From positions 224,001 through 288,000 of the forward strand of contig CAWKDC010000001.1 in assembly GCA_963848305.1 (NCBI GenBank): 64,000 nucleotides of DNA, in the 5' to 3' direction. The position numbers were made by a program, and so were the translations under genes. Positions 29,837 to 39,920 of the stretch are shown piece after piece. The notes beneath the pieces are model-generated. The model saw only the letters and a program-made list of their open reading frames with translations. It made no database searches and was not told where the DNA came from. This DNA is from an uncultured Gammaproteobacteria bacterium (GTDB lineage Bacteria; Pseudomonadota; Gammaproteobacteria; JABCZS01). Numbering within the stretch: the first letter of the stretch is position 1; every line of letters starts with the position of its first letter.

Positions 29837-31027
29837 AGCCTGCCTCTGAATCCAATAAGTCATCAGCAAAGAAGAAACGCCCGCAACAAAAACAATGATC
29901 GCAACAGGCATAATCGTCCCGTTGAAGGTCATGCTCGCTAATCCAATGATCAAAGATGTTGCTAACAGGCGGAGGCTATTAGAGAGCGAAGCCGAAATGC
30001 CTTTGATGTCTGGATACACATTCATATAATCGCCAAATATAATTCCTAGGCTCAAAGCAAAGCCAGCTGTGAATACCGTCATTGCAGCGGTAATCAACAT
30101 TGGATTGTTTGGCGCAATGAGCGCCACTAATAATAGCAATACACCACCCAGGAATGTGATTTGTTTACCAACCAGCCGTGTTTTTGATGCCCCGAGTCGA
30201 TTGATCACTTTTCCTGAGAAAAAGCTCAATAAGGCAAAAGTTGCCAAAATCACAGCCTGATAATAGGCATAGCTATCGTTGTCGACGCCTAAATGGTTGA
30301 TAAAAGTTAATGACAGATTGGTGATATAAGCAAAGTAAGCCCCGCAGACTACACAAATAATAAACAAATTTGCCATGGCCCGTGGATGAATCAGAAGATC
30401 TTTAAACCCTTTAAGAATTCCACCCAAATGAATGGGAACTCGCTTTTCTTTCGACAGGGTCTCGTGCACAAATATGATTGAAAACAAACATGCAACGATT
30501 GCAAGGCCAGCAACGAAAATAAAATTGGCGCGCCAATTAAAGGTCAAATATAAATAGTTTCCTACAATGGGAGCCAAGGACATAGCAAAAGTCACGATGC
30601 TATTAAAAATACCCATCACCTTAGCCGCTTTATCGTGCTCATACAGATCAAAAATAACAGCTGCAGGCAATACAAACGCCACACTACTGCCCAGTCCCTG
30701 AATAAACCGCCAAAATAGAATTCCCTCTATCGTTGTCATCATCACACAGGCGACACTGCTGATCGCAAACAATATCATTCCAACCAAAAGAATAGGGCGC
30801 CGACCATAACTATCAGAAAGGGGCCGTCAAAAAAGGCTTCCAATACAAAGACCTAAAAAATTAAAGCTAATAATCTGCTGGGCCATGACTTCAGTCGTTG
30901 AAAAATACGATTGAATGCTTGGAAAACTTGGGACGAAAATATCTGTCTCAGCAGCGGTGCTGATGATGACTAAGACGATGACGGACATTGTGATAAATGT
31001 TTGGGTGAAGAATTGACGGATATTCAT
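29825..31027 (-). CDS. Bcr/CflA-type MFS efflux transporter, frameshifted at ~30830
   Basis: TDIFVPSFP in ORF 30827-31027; SDSYGRRP and RFIQGLG in the downstream frame; multi-TM pattern. Confidence 0.85.
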
Positions 31028-31144
31028 AGGATAAAACCATAGAGTGGTGGTAAGGGATTTTCATATTGTAACTCAATATAATCATAGACATCAGGGGGAT
31101 TCATCCCCTAGTGTATTTCCCCAATCTAGCGTTACAATGGGCAA

Positions 31145-31173
31145 TTGACAAAAGCCAATATATTTGGTAGACT
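31145..31173 (+). promoter_or_regulatory. Putative sigma70 promoter of the LuxR pair
   Basis: TTGACA-17 bp-TAGACT. Confidence 0.55.
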
Positions 31174-31191
31174 GGCTTACTATTCTGGTAG

Positions 31192-31746
31192 GTGTATTTT
31201 ATGGTAATTCAAGAGGTTAACACATTTTGTGCCATCTATAGCAAGAGCAATCAGGGACATTATTTGACTGTCAATGAGGATACGCTCAAAGCTGTTGGGG
31301 GTCTGACCCCAGCAGACATCGTTGGCCTGAGGGATGTTGATCTTCCCTGGGCACCTATGTCCGAGTGTTATCTTAAACATGACAGACTCGTGATTAATTC
31401 CCGACAAACGCACGTTTTCTATGAGCCCTGTTTATATGCTGGGAAACCTCAACTTTACCGTGCCACCAAAACACCGATTATTGGTCACTCTGGGAGGGCT
31501 ATTGGGATTCACGGGGTTTCTGTTCTTGTCAGTGAGCGATGCTTGATTCCTTTAACCAAACAACAGATATCCTGCTTGCGATTATTGGCATTGGGGAATA
31601 CATACAAACAAATTGCTGTTGAATTGGGCTTATCGGCAAAAACTGTTGAGCATTATTTAGACGCAGTAAAAATAAAACTGAATTGTGAATCACGTTCAGA
31701 CTTGATCATGCAAGCGATTGAGCGGGGATTGGTGGGAGTATTTTGA
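31192..31746 (+). CDS. PAS-like + LuxR HTH transcriptional regulator
   Basis: LTKQQ..L..LALG.TYKQIA..LGLSAKTVEHY motif; N-terminal DxDLPW and KTPI PAS-like motifs. Confidence 0.85.
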   Translation: MYFMVIQEVNTFCAIYSKSNQGHYLTVNEDTLKAVGGLTPADIVGLRDVDLPWAPMSECYLKHDRLVINSRQTHVFYEPCLYAGKPQLYRATKTPIIGHSGRAIGIHGVSVLVSERCLIPLTKQQISCLRLLALGNTYKQIAVELGLSAKTVEHYLDAVKIKLNCESRSDLIMQAIERGLVGVF

Positions 31747-32282
31747 TGACAAATTCAAATATCTACACATATGTGAAGGATAATTTAGGAATCTATCAAT
31801 TCGTTTCGCCCAATGTTCTAGAATATTTTAAAAATATGAACGTCAATGATATCTTGGGGCGTTCTGATATAGAATTACCTGAACAGAAGGAAAATGTTCG
31901 CGCATGGATAGAAGAAGATCAACGCATCCTATCAACAGGAAGAGGGGAGTATGTCATTAATGCAGTAACTCTCAATGGTGTCACGGAGTGGCAGAGGACA
32001 TACAAAGCTCCCATGTTCGGGAGAAATGGAAAAATTCAGGGCATTTCAGGCACCTCCGTATTTATCAGCAAAGAAAGCCTGATTGCTCTGACAAAACAAC
32101 AAACCGCCTGTTTGCGTCTGTTAGCGCTAGGGAATACACACAAACAAATTGGAGATAAGCTTGGGCTGTCTGCGAAGACGGTTGAGCATTATTTGGATGC
32201 TGTCAAATTGAAGCTGAATTGTGAATCAAGATCAGATTTGGTCATGCAGGCCATTGAGCGGGGATTGGTCGGAATTTTATAG
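31743..32282 (+). CDS. PAS-like + LuxR HTH transcriptional regulator (tandem paralog)
   Basis: HTH is nearly identical to the upstream gene; the PAS region is divergent. Confidence 0.85.
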   Translation: MMTNSNIYTYVKDNLGIYQFVSPNVLEYFKNMNVNDILGRSDIELPEQKENVRAWIEEDQRILSTGRGEYVINAVTLNGVTEWQRTYKAPMFGRNGKIQGISGTSVFISKESLIALTKQQTACLRLLALGNTHKQIGDKLGLSAKTVEHYLDAVKLKLNCESRSDLVMQAIERGLVGIL

Positions 32283-32444
32283 GGGATAATCCACTTAGTT
32301 CATCTCCACTGGAGTGACAGGCGGTTTGTGCCATATCTCCAAGATATTTCCCAGCGAGATCACTCGCAGAAAATCCTGCACTTGCAAAGGTTGCAATGGC
32401 GGACAGAGGCATCACTTTTGCTAAGACAACGGCTCCTGCCACCG

Positions 32445-32523
32445 TCAACGCGTTCAATAACCTGAATGCGGTTAGGACATTGCTATTTAGAGATGTCCTA
32501 GGGTGGGCTAAGTAGAAATGTCC
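32445..32523. mobile_element. IS remnant (transposase 5' fragment + terminal repeat)
   Basis: CAACGCGTTCAATAACCTGAAT matches 33823-33844; 32481-32523 matches 22837-22879. Confidence 0.65.
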
Positions 32524-32663
32524 GCTTTTGGGCATGCTATTGATCTCACCAATATCTTCAATTTCATTTTAATTTGGTTATATCGAAATTAGAATGAAAG
32601 GATTGTATTCTTGAGGCTGAATATAATTCAATAAATTCATAAAGATAGCCTTATATGAACCAA

Positions 32664-32692
32664 TTGACATTAATGTGTTAATCTGCTAAGAT
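32664..32692 (+). promoter_or_regulatory. Putative sigma70 promoter
   Basis: TTGACA-17 bp-TAAGAT upstream of the GGAGG RBS of 32762. Confidence 0.55.
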
Positions 32693-32761
32693 TATATGGT
32701 GCCTCAATTATATTTTTAGGTTTGAGAGCAGAGTCATAGTTTTTTACGTCGGGAGGTAGCC

Positions 32762-33127
32762 ATGTTGCACTTATTTTCTTCCAAGAAGGAGCCGCAAGAG
32801 GACGCTGTTGTTCTCGATGAAAGCCTAAAAAGAAAACTGTCCAATCTGACAGACTCTGATGTATTCACACCGTGTGGTGATTGTAAATCCTGCACCATTC
32901 GTTATAGCTATATAGGTGCGGGTTTGATCGGGTTAAAAACAACTGACATAGAAAAACTACTCCCATTCTTTAAGCAAAGTGGAATAGAGTGCTCCACCCT
33001 ACAGATTCGGGAAGGGATGCAAGAATATAGTGATAATATTGTTTTCCATGATTTCACCGATAAAAAATCATTAGTGGATACAATTAAAAGTTTGCCAGGA
33101 ATTAGAGAGATGCCAAAGTTAAAATAG
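32762..33127 (+). CDS. Hypothetical protein
   Basis: 121-aa ORF with a strong RBS and a CxxCxxC motif. Confidence 0.65.
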   Translation: MLHLFSSKKEPQEDAVVLDESLKRKLSNLTDSDVFTPCGDCKSCTIRYSYIGAGLIGLKTTDIEKLLPFFKQSGIECSTLQIREGMQEYSDNIVFHDFTDKKSLVDTIKSLPGIREMPKLK

Positions 33128-33298
33128 CAAGTGTAATATCCACCTGCTCACCTACAGTGGGAATGTTGCTGCTGTTCAAGCAGCCCAACATACCCAGCTG
33201 GCTACTTATATTTTTCTAGTTCACCGAATGCTGTCTCTTCTGAACACTCTTGCTTCTCTCACAATTCAACTCTGTTTTTTTCTCCAAAATGAATGCCA

Positions 33299-33855
33299 TC
33301 ACATTGCCAAGGCGTTTATTATCAACCACTTCGCCCTGTTCGATTCGTTGCAGGCGATCGTGAAGAATAGAGTAGGGCAGCCTGCGTATCTAACTTCGAT
33401 ATAAACCAACAAGGTGCATTTAGGGCCACGCTTTTCAAACCAATGATGTTCAGAGCCATCAATTTGAATAAGTTCGCCGTAGCATTCACGCCGGTATCTG
33501 GGCTGATAGGCACGCTTGAGGCGCTGTGTGCGGGTCTTCCATAAACCAGCCTCAACCATCAGTTTTCGTACGGTTTCGGTACTTAAGGCAATTCTATGAA
33601 GCTCTAGGAGCTTCGCAGTAGTCAGGGTTGGCCAGAGTCGTAAAAATGCTCTTTGATGAGGCTCAGAGCATTTTGTTTAACCTCATCCGATACTCTATGA
33701 TTGGATCTTGGAGGTCAAGGCAACGGCCCCAGATTCCTTGTAGGAGGCGATTAGACATCGCATCTGTCTTGAGGTCACCCCGAGGGTTTCTGCAGCTTGT
33801 GTTTGATTTAAACCGTGGCTAACAACGCGTTCAATAACCTGAATTCGGTACTTCA
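33299..33855 (-). pseudogene. Degraded ISNCY-family transposase
   Basis: RIQVIERVV..QTQAAETLGVTSRQMR HTH and RRECYGELIQIDGSEHHWFEKRG..CTLLVYI; frameshifted and truncated. Confidence 0.85.
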
Positions 33856-33860
33856 ATTGT

Positions 33861-33888
33861 TGTTCGCATAATGTATATTATGTTAATA
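33861..33888 (+). other. dif: XerCD dif site (last bases of the XerD arm altered by the adjacent insertion)
   Basis: TGTTCGCATAA-TGTATA-TTATGTTAATA vs E. coli dif GGTGCGCATAA-TGTATA-TTATGTTAAAT. Confidence 0.88.
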
Positions 33889-34028
33889 CACGCACCAGGC
33901 ATGTCTATGTCAACCATGTAATCAATGTTGATTAAGTACTTGATCCTTCATAACCAATCCTGATACTCTATGTGATACGCACACCATGTCATTTATGTAA
34001 TATTGGCTTACAAGGAGTTAAAGCGTCA

Positions 34029-35207
34029 ATGGAATTGGTTAAGATCAGATACCCCAATAATAGGATCTCATGGTCTGTTTTAAGCAATGATATTACCGTG
34101 GATCAGCTCAGAAATTGGATTATACATTTAGAAGAAATCAATCAGTCACCCAATACCATTCAGGCCTATGCTCGGCATATGGTTCGATTTGGGAATTATT
34201 TAGAAGCAAATGCCAAAACATTCAAAAAGATCTGCATTTCAGACTATGATCAGTTCCTTCAATGGCTTCCCTATGCGCTTTCAAATCCAGAGTTTCCAGG
34301 CAATGTCGTTTCGTTAAATCATCAACCAAAACGGCTTTCACCAGCACTGAAGAATCAAGTCCATTTGGCTGTGAAATCATTCTACAGATATTTGTCTGGA
34401 CAGCCTAATTTCGATTTTGACAGCGCTGAAGAATCAACCAGTTATGACAGCCCAGAAAGGTATAAACCATTTCTAGAGCATATTAATGCTCGTAGAACGA
34501 CAAGAACCAAGGATCGGTACCTACATGGTGATCCCGGTAAAGCTCAGAGAAGCGTCAGCAAACGACTAACCCCTGAAAACGTTTTAACGTTGATTAAGGC
34601 CTGCCACTTGATTCGAGATGCTTTCCTCGTGACACTTCTTTATAACACTGGCATGCGCATTGGAGAAGCTTTGGGGCTTAGACATACAGATATTGATCTG
34701 AAAGATGGCGTTATCTGGGTCATACCTCGGGCTGACAACGAAAACGGAGCTCGCGTCAAAGGCATGAAGACCCGAGCGATTCCCGTCATGAAGTACATAG
34801 TGGACATGTATGAGGATTACATCACAAGCGATGAGTATTTGGGCGCATTTGAATCTGGCACACAGTACGTGTTCTGCAATGTTCAAAAGTCACAAATTGG
34901 AAAAGCATTGTCCAAAAGCTATGGTGACAATCTCAAGAATTACCTCAAAAAAAGAACTGGCATCGAATTTACTTGGCACATGTTTAGGCATACACATGCC
35001 AGCGAAGCAATTGCAGATGGCTATAGCCTGCTTCAAGTATCTGATCGGTTAGGACATGCAAGCCCTCAAACAACAGTCAGTTTCTACAAACATTTGTTCA
35101 GCCATGAAATCAGAAAATGTCATTTAACTGGAGCAAAAAAGCTTGAAGAACGTTTAAGAGAGTTTAGTGCGACGCATACCAGCGAACGAGGTTTAAAATG
35201 GCTTTAA
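34029..35207 (+). CDS. Tyrosine recombinase, TnpA-like
   Basis: TGMRIGEALGL, HMFRHTHA and RLGHAS..TT..FY motifs; AAGGAG RBS upstream of 34029. Confidence 0.9.
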   Translation: MELVKIRYPNNRISWSVLSNDITVDQLRNWIIHLEEINQSPNTIQAYARHMVRFGNYLEANAKTFKKICISDYDQFLQWLPYALSNPEFPGNVVSLNHQPKRLSPALKNQVHLAVKSFYRYLSGQPNFDFDSAEESTSYDSPERYKPFLEHINARRTTRTKDRYLHGDPGKAQRSVSKRLTPENVLTLIKACHLIRDAFLVTLLYNTGMRIGEALGLRHTDIDLKDGVIWVIPRADNENGARVKGMKTRAIPVMKYIVDMYEDYITSDEYLGAFESGTQYVFCNVQKSQIGKALSKSYGDNLKNYLKKRTGIEFTWHMFRHTHASEAIADGYSLLQVSDRLGHASPQTTVSFYKHLFSHEIRKCHLTGAKKLEERLREFSATHTSERGLKWL

Positions 35208-37321
35208 CACTTGCATATATGACAGATGATTTAAATGAACAATACGAGGCTCAATTATCGTCTGCAATTTCGGTTATATCTCCGCTGCTTCTTAGCAATG
35301 ATGTTTGGGATCAGGAATTTGCAAATTCTGTACCGAAATTTGTTAATAAGCACATCGGTGCAAAAAGTCCTATTTCTTTCGCATCACTCCCCTCCTCCTT
35401 GAAGCTGGAGCTCAAATTATACTGGGCGAAATTGCTTTCAGACGATCGATGCAATTCGATGAGTGCAATTGAGAGAAGAAGACAATCAATGAGATGGTTC
35501 AACTCTGATGGAGCAAATATACTTTCCGATTTTAATGTCAAGACTTTATCTGATATTCCTCACCCAGAATTTCCGATAAATTGCATTGTCACATCTCGCT
35601 CAATCAAGAAGCACAATGATAGATTGTTGGAGCTGTATTCATGTTTTGAAGGGAATGGTGATCGACCTCCGCAAAAAATTTGTGTCGTCGATGATGCTAC
35701 AGGACGTGTCAATCAAAAAGAATATTTATCCACAAGGGTCACCATCATTGGGGATTTTCACAAGCAAGCTATTATAAATAGGGAACAGCTGCAACCAATG
35801 AATGGCCGGAACATTATTTTTATTAACGACCTTTACTCTGAAGAAAATGTACGATTCAAAGATAAACAACGGCAAACTGATACATATTTAAATTTTTTTC
35901 TATTCCCTCCTTGGCTGCGAGATGCCGCCAAAACGCACCTGCTTCAAAAGATATCCTTTGGCGAATTGGCACCAGGATCATTGCTTGGTTATTTTTCTAG
36001 GTTATTAAGTTTCAGAGATTTCATGCATGAAAGATTTGATATTCCACGCCCAAAACTTGTCACTGTTACTTTGATTGAAGACAATTATGTTGCCTGGGGC
36101 AATGAGAAAGGATTGGCGGGAAAGAACTGGTTTACCGACACCTTAGCGATGCTATCCACAGCGGGACGTATGTGGCCAAATGAGTGGCCTTCCCTATCAG
36201 TCTCAAATCGAGCGGCTAGAAAGATCAAAAAAACACATTACAAACAGGGGCTAGGTCGCATCGGTCAAAATCAAGAAGGTGCTGGACGCTCATATTCCCA
36301 GCGCATTGTGGATGAGCTTAATAGATCAATAAGTTCAGCACCAGATCCAATTCATGATATTTTTAGCATCATCATGGGCACTGGCATGAGAGCTGAAGAT
36401 GGGCATGCCCTCCTCTTTGATTGCCTTAAAGATGATCCAAATGATAATGATTTTATGCTTTTAACTTTTTGGCAAAATAAAGTAAGAAAATGGAATACAA
36501 AACCTTTATTAAAAAAAGATAAAGGCCATGCATATTTAATTGATTTAATTGCAGCCAGGCGAAAAAAGAATATTCATAAATACGGGAGAGAAACAAAATA
36601 CCTTTTTCCGTCCTTCACGGGGACGCAGGAGAACTTTCTAACGCCCGGATGGACAGTGCTTGAAATCAAGAAACGATGCATTGCGGATGACATCCGTGAT
36701 GAGACTAATAAACCTTTGAGCTTTTCATGGCATCCACTTCGACATACCAAGGGCACATCATTAGCCAAGGAAGGTCATGACGTAATGAGCATCATGATGG
36801 AGCTTGGACATGCCAGCCCTGATATGGCCGCTGTGTATGTTAACAATAGACTCGAATTAAAAAAACAAGCCCTCATGGAAAAAGGCAGTGGCAAATTCTT
36901 TACCATCGAAGGCAAAGTCGATACAAAAATTATGGAACTGATGGTAAGAAAGGAGCAGCTCAGCGCTACTAGAGTATGCGGTGGTGCTTGCTCTATGCCC
37001 AGTCAGCTTGGCGATTGGTGCGAGCACGCGAATGCCTGTTATACCTGTAAGCATTATCGGGCTGACGGAAAAGATATTGAGTTTTTTAAGCATGAGAAGC
37101 TTGCCATTACTGATTTAATTGAACAGCAAAAAATCGAAAGCAATGAGTTAAATGATGCCGGCCACAAACGTATGGCTGAAATACTGCAAAGACGCATGGC
37201 AAAAAACATGGACATCAACGCTTCGCTTGGCAACATTATTCAGGCAATAGAGACAACGGATCGATATCAAGGCGATAAACCAATGGCGAAGAAAATGAGT
37301 CTGGAGCAACCACATGATTAA
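35198..37321 (+). CDS. Large tyrosine recombinase, Tn554 TnpB-like
   Basis: TGMR, HPLRHT and LGHASPDM..VY motifs, plus a C-terminal G.C..P....C.HANAC.TC Zn-like motif. Confidence 0.88.
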   Translation: MALTLAYMTDDLNEQYEAQLSSAISVISPLLLSNDVWDQEFANSVPKFVNKHIGAKSPISFASLPSSLKLELKLYWAKLLSDDRCNSMSAIERRRQSMRWFNSDGANILSDFNVKTLSDIPHPEFPINCIVTSRSIKKHNDRLLELYSCFEGNGDRPPQKICVVDDATGRVNQKEYLSTRVTIIGDFHKQAIINREQLQPMNGRNIIFINDLYSEENVRFKDKQRQTDTYLNFFLFPPWLRDAAKTHLLQKISFGELAPGSLLGYFSRLLSFRDFMHERFDIPRPKLVTVTLIEDNYVAWGNEKGLAGKNWFTDTLAMLSTAGRMWPNEWPSLSVSNRAARKIKKTHYKQGLGRIGQNQEGAGRSYSQRIVDELNRSISSAPDPIHDIFSIIMGTGMRAEDGHALLFDCLKDDPNDNDFMLLTFWQNKVRKWNTKPLLKKDKGHAYLIDLIAARRKKNIHKYGRETKYLFPSFTGTQENFLTPGWTVLEIKKRCIADDIRDETNKPLSFSWHPLRHTKGTSLAKEGHDVMSIMMELGHASPDMAAVYVNNRLELKKQALMEKGSGKFFTIEGKVDTKIMELMVRKEQLSATRVCGGACSMPSQLGDWCEHANACYTCKHYRADGKDIEFFKHEKLAITDLIEQQKIESNELNDAGHKRMAEILQRRMAKNMDINASLGNIIQAIETTDRYQGDKPMAKKMSLEQPHD

Positions 37322-37745
37322 CAAAACTGATGGCTTAAAAAAGGCAAGAGACCTTAGAAGCAAAGAGAAAAGAGAGGCTGTTGAAAAAGCTATCAGCGAA
37401 CTATCGCAACGAAATGAGGCAGTAACATTTCAATCCGTGGCAGCTATGGCCTGTGTCAGCAGACAGTATCTTTACAATAACTTTAAGGACTCAATCTCTG
37501 TTGAGCGCAATTCCTCTAGGAGTGTTGCTGATGTGATTGATGGCATCACGGTACCAGCGAGAACGCCAGATGAGCACAAGCATGTTGAAGCCCTGCTCCG
37601 CAACAAAATTGAAAAGCTTGAGAAGGAAATGAGCGCGCTGAGGCAGGAAAACGCACGAATGAAGCAATCATTGGAAAAAGAAAGGGGTAAAGCCGAACAT
37701 TTTAGGCAAAATTGGCTTAATTCAAAATCAAAAGATGTATTGTAA
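37314..37745 (+). CDS. TnpC-like (DUF6262-type) HTH/coiled-coil accessory protein
   Basis: VTFQSVAAMACVSRQYLY HTH plus coiled coil; third gene of the triplet. Confidence 0.8.
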   Translation: MINKTDGLKKARDLRSKEKREAVEKAISELSQRNEAVTFQSVAAMACVSRQYLYNNFKDSISVERNSSRSVADVIDGITVPARTPDEHKHVEALLRNKIEKLEKEMSALRQENARMKQSLEKERGKAEHFRQNWLNSKSKDVL

Positions 37746-37758
37746 AAGGAAAGGTTGA

Positions 37759-39465
37759 ATGGGCATTATTCATGATTCGATAAAAGCACTAGATGTAATT
37801 GATTCTCAACTGGAAGAATATGAGATCCTAAATGTATTATCCAAAATCGATAAACATGCACTTACCCCTCAGGAATTGAAGCATGGTGAATACGAGTGGA
37901 TTGCTTTCAACATGCAGGATGGATTTAATTGGTCGAAATATGCAGGAAAAACATGGGGGACTTACTTTGGTCCTGTATGGGTATTTCCTGATGGAACAGT
38001 TTGGCCTGATAAGTCAATGATTACAGAAGAAGCTGTTTGCTATTGGGCAGCTCGGTTGGATGAGTGTGCTCATCCTGTTCTTAAAGCAAGATATGCTGGG
38101 CTCGTTTGGGATTTTAAAAACATCCTCAAGGAAAAACAGAATCTTCGTGAACTCCCGAAGATTATTATTAATAACTGTTTAGTGATTTCAAAAAATCACC
38201 TCCACAAATATCCTCATGAGGAGCTTATAAAGTTAAAGTGGGCTCTTGAGACCGCACTCTCTGTAAAGGATGAAAATATTGCCAAAGATATACTACGTGA
38301 GATGTTCAATCGCAATGGCTTTGGCGGAAATATTTCAATTATCGAGTTCTTATTGAAGAATAAAAAGGCACCGTTAATTCCTGAGCAAAAAAATCAACTG
38401 ATAACCGAGCTAAGAAGTTACAGCGAATCTCGTTGCTTCTCGACTGCCATGCAGTCAGCGGTAATTCTTGCCAATTACCACAGAAGCAAAGATAACGAAA
38501 AAGAGGCCAAGCAATCGATTCTTAAGTATATCAATAATGTTCTTGAAAATTCAACTGTCGAGCAACCTTTAAGATGGAAATTTATTCTTGAGGAGGCATT
38601 AAGTTTGACAAGAAAATATGGCCTGGGAGATGACATTGTGAATCAAGTGGAATGTGAGCTGAGATTGATTTGCGATAACATTTGGAAAGACATGAAAGTA
38701 ATTAAGGCTGAGGCTATTGTCGATTTCACTGAATTCGACCTTTTTATCGACTCTGTTCTTTCAAACAAAAAGAGCTCGATTCTTGATGTGCTAGCAATTA
38801 ATTTTATACCGAAAGCTCAAGATGGAAAGATGCTTTTTGATCAACTAAAAAATGACAATCCAATTTCCTATTCTATAAACAGAACCTTGTTTGGGCCTAA
38901 TAATATAACCTCGGCCGATCTGGATGAAAATGATAACGACCTTATTCATACCATAAAACAGCTGATCATAATAAATGGGGTTTTTTTGAAAAGATTTATA
39001 GAAAAGTGTCGCTTTTGTAAAAGAATAACCATGAGAACCGTCAAAAAACATTTTTCTAAATCACATTTATTCAAAGAAACTCATAATCGGCAGTTGTTTC
39101 ATGGTCTTAAGTCATATTTTAAAAAAGATTATATTACGTCAATATACATTCTTGTCCCTCAGCTCGAAAATGCAATAAGAGTGCTTTTAAATGAAAGTGG
39201 TTCGGCAGGTTTAGAACCAAATAAATCTGGCGGATTCGATGAGCGCGCCCTGGGAGCCTTGTTTAGCATGGATGGTTTAAAGTCAATTTTAGGCGAAAAC
39301 CTCATCACATATTTCAAGACGATTTATACACATAATGCAGGGATTTACTTAAGAAATTTAATATCTCACGGTAACGCATGTGATGCTGTATTTACTGCAG
39401 AACACGCAGATTTGGTTTTTCACTCACTCATAATACTGGCTGCGCTACCCTCCCTGAAAACATAA
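37759..39465 (+). CDS. DUF4209-type protein with a C-terminal HEPN-like RxxxxH motif
   Basis: HPVLKARYA..VW near the N-terminus; LVPQLENAIR and GIYLRNLISHG near the C-terminus. Confidence 0.75.
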   Translation: MGIIHDSIKALDVIDSQLEEYEILNVLSKIDKHALTPQELKHGEYEWIAFNMQDGFNWSKYAGKTWGTYFGPVWVFPDGTVWPDKSMITEEAVCYWAARLDECAHPVLKARYAGLVWDFKNILKEKQNLRELPKIIINNCLVISKNHLHKYPHEELIKLKWALETALSVKDENIAKDILREMFNRNGFGGNISIIEFLLKNKKAPLIPEQKNQLITELRSYSESRCFSTAMQSAVILANYHRSKDNEKEAKQSILKYINNVLENSTVEQPLRWKFILEEALSLTRKYGLGDDIVNQVECELRLICDNIWKDMKVIKAEAIVDFTEFDLFIDSVLSNKKSSILDVLAINFIPKAQDGKMLFDQLKNDNPISYSINRTLFGPNNITSADLDENDNDLIHTIKQLIIINGVFLKRFIEKCRFCKRITMRTVKKHFSKSHLFKETHNRQLFHGLKSYFKKDYITSIYILVPQLENAIRVLLNESGSAGLEPNKSGGFDERALGALFSMDGLKSILGENLITYFKTIYTHNAGIYLRNLISHGNACDAVFTAEHADLVFHSLIILAALPSLKT

Positions 39466-39648
39466 CCGAAACGACAGCCCCCTACTGGTTGTCCAGAGGC
39501 TGTGAAAATTTCACTGCTAGTTAATGCCGTGAATATTTTATAAATATCCCTTGTTTCCACTTGAAAATTGAGCTCTCAATCACCATGTAAGCAGCTGATC
39601 GTTATTTTTGAAAAATATCCATAAATAATTCATTGGAGTCAGATTCTC

Positions 39649-39849
39649 ATGAGATTATACGATAATTATGATGCATTTAAAGCGAACCCATATGATGAAG
39701 ATGAGAAAAACAGAGTGATCAAGCACTGTGCCCATTATATGGAAAGGAATGCGACTATTCCATATGAGCTGCAGTTATGTTTTGATCTTTTGAAAGAAAG
39801 AGAACCTGAATATGTGAATTCATACTTATCACTAATGACATTAGCATAA
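39649..39849 (+). CDS. Small hypothetical protein
   Basis: 66-aa ORF with a GGAG RBS. Confidence 0.4.
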   Translation: MRLYDNYDAFKANPYDEDEKNRVIKHCAHYMERNATIPYELQLCFDLLKEREPEYVNSYLSLMTLA

Positions 39850-39873
39850 CATAAGTCATTGATTAAAGGGATG

Positions 39874-39905
39874 TTTACACGATTTGGTGTGCATACATGT
39901 TAAAT
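39874..39905 (+). repeat. 32-bp element right end, copy 1
   Basis: TTTACACGATTTGGTGTGCATACATGTTAAAT, identical at 40615-40646. Confidence 0.95.
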
Positions 39906-39920
39906 GGAGATAAAAAGCAG

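Larger units (their letters stand above)
33880..39905 (+). mobile_element. Tn554-like tyrosine-recombinase element inserted at dif (alternative right end at 40646)
   Basis: Overlapping tnpA/tnpB/tnpC-like genes; ATGTTAA at both junctions; imperfect terminal IRs TACACGCACCA / TGGTGTGCATA. Confidence 0.75.

Noticed and set aside
32242-32535. 97-aa minus-strand ORF
   Set aside because: It starts inside an IS end and spans joined debris, so it is not a credible gene.
33972-37745. Prophage or integron integrase
   Set aside because: No phage genes or attC sites; the two-recombinase plus small HTH triplet fits a Tn554-like element.
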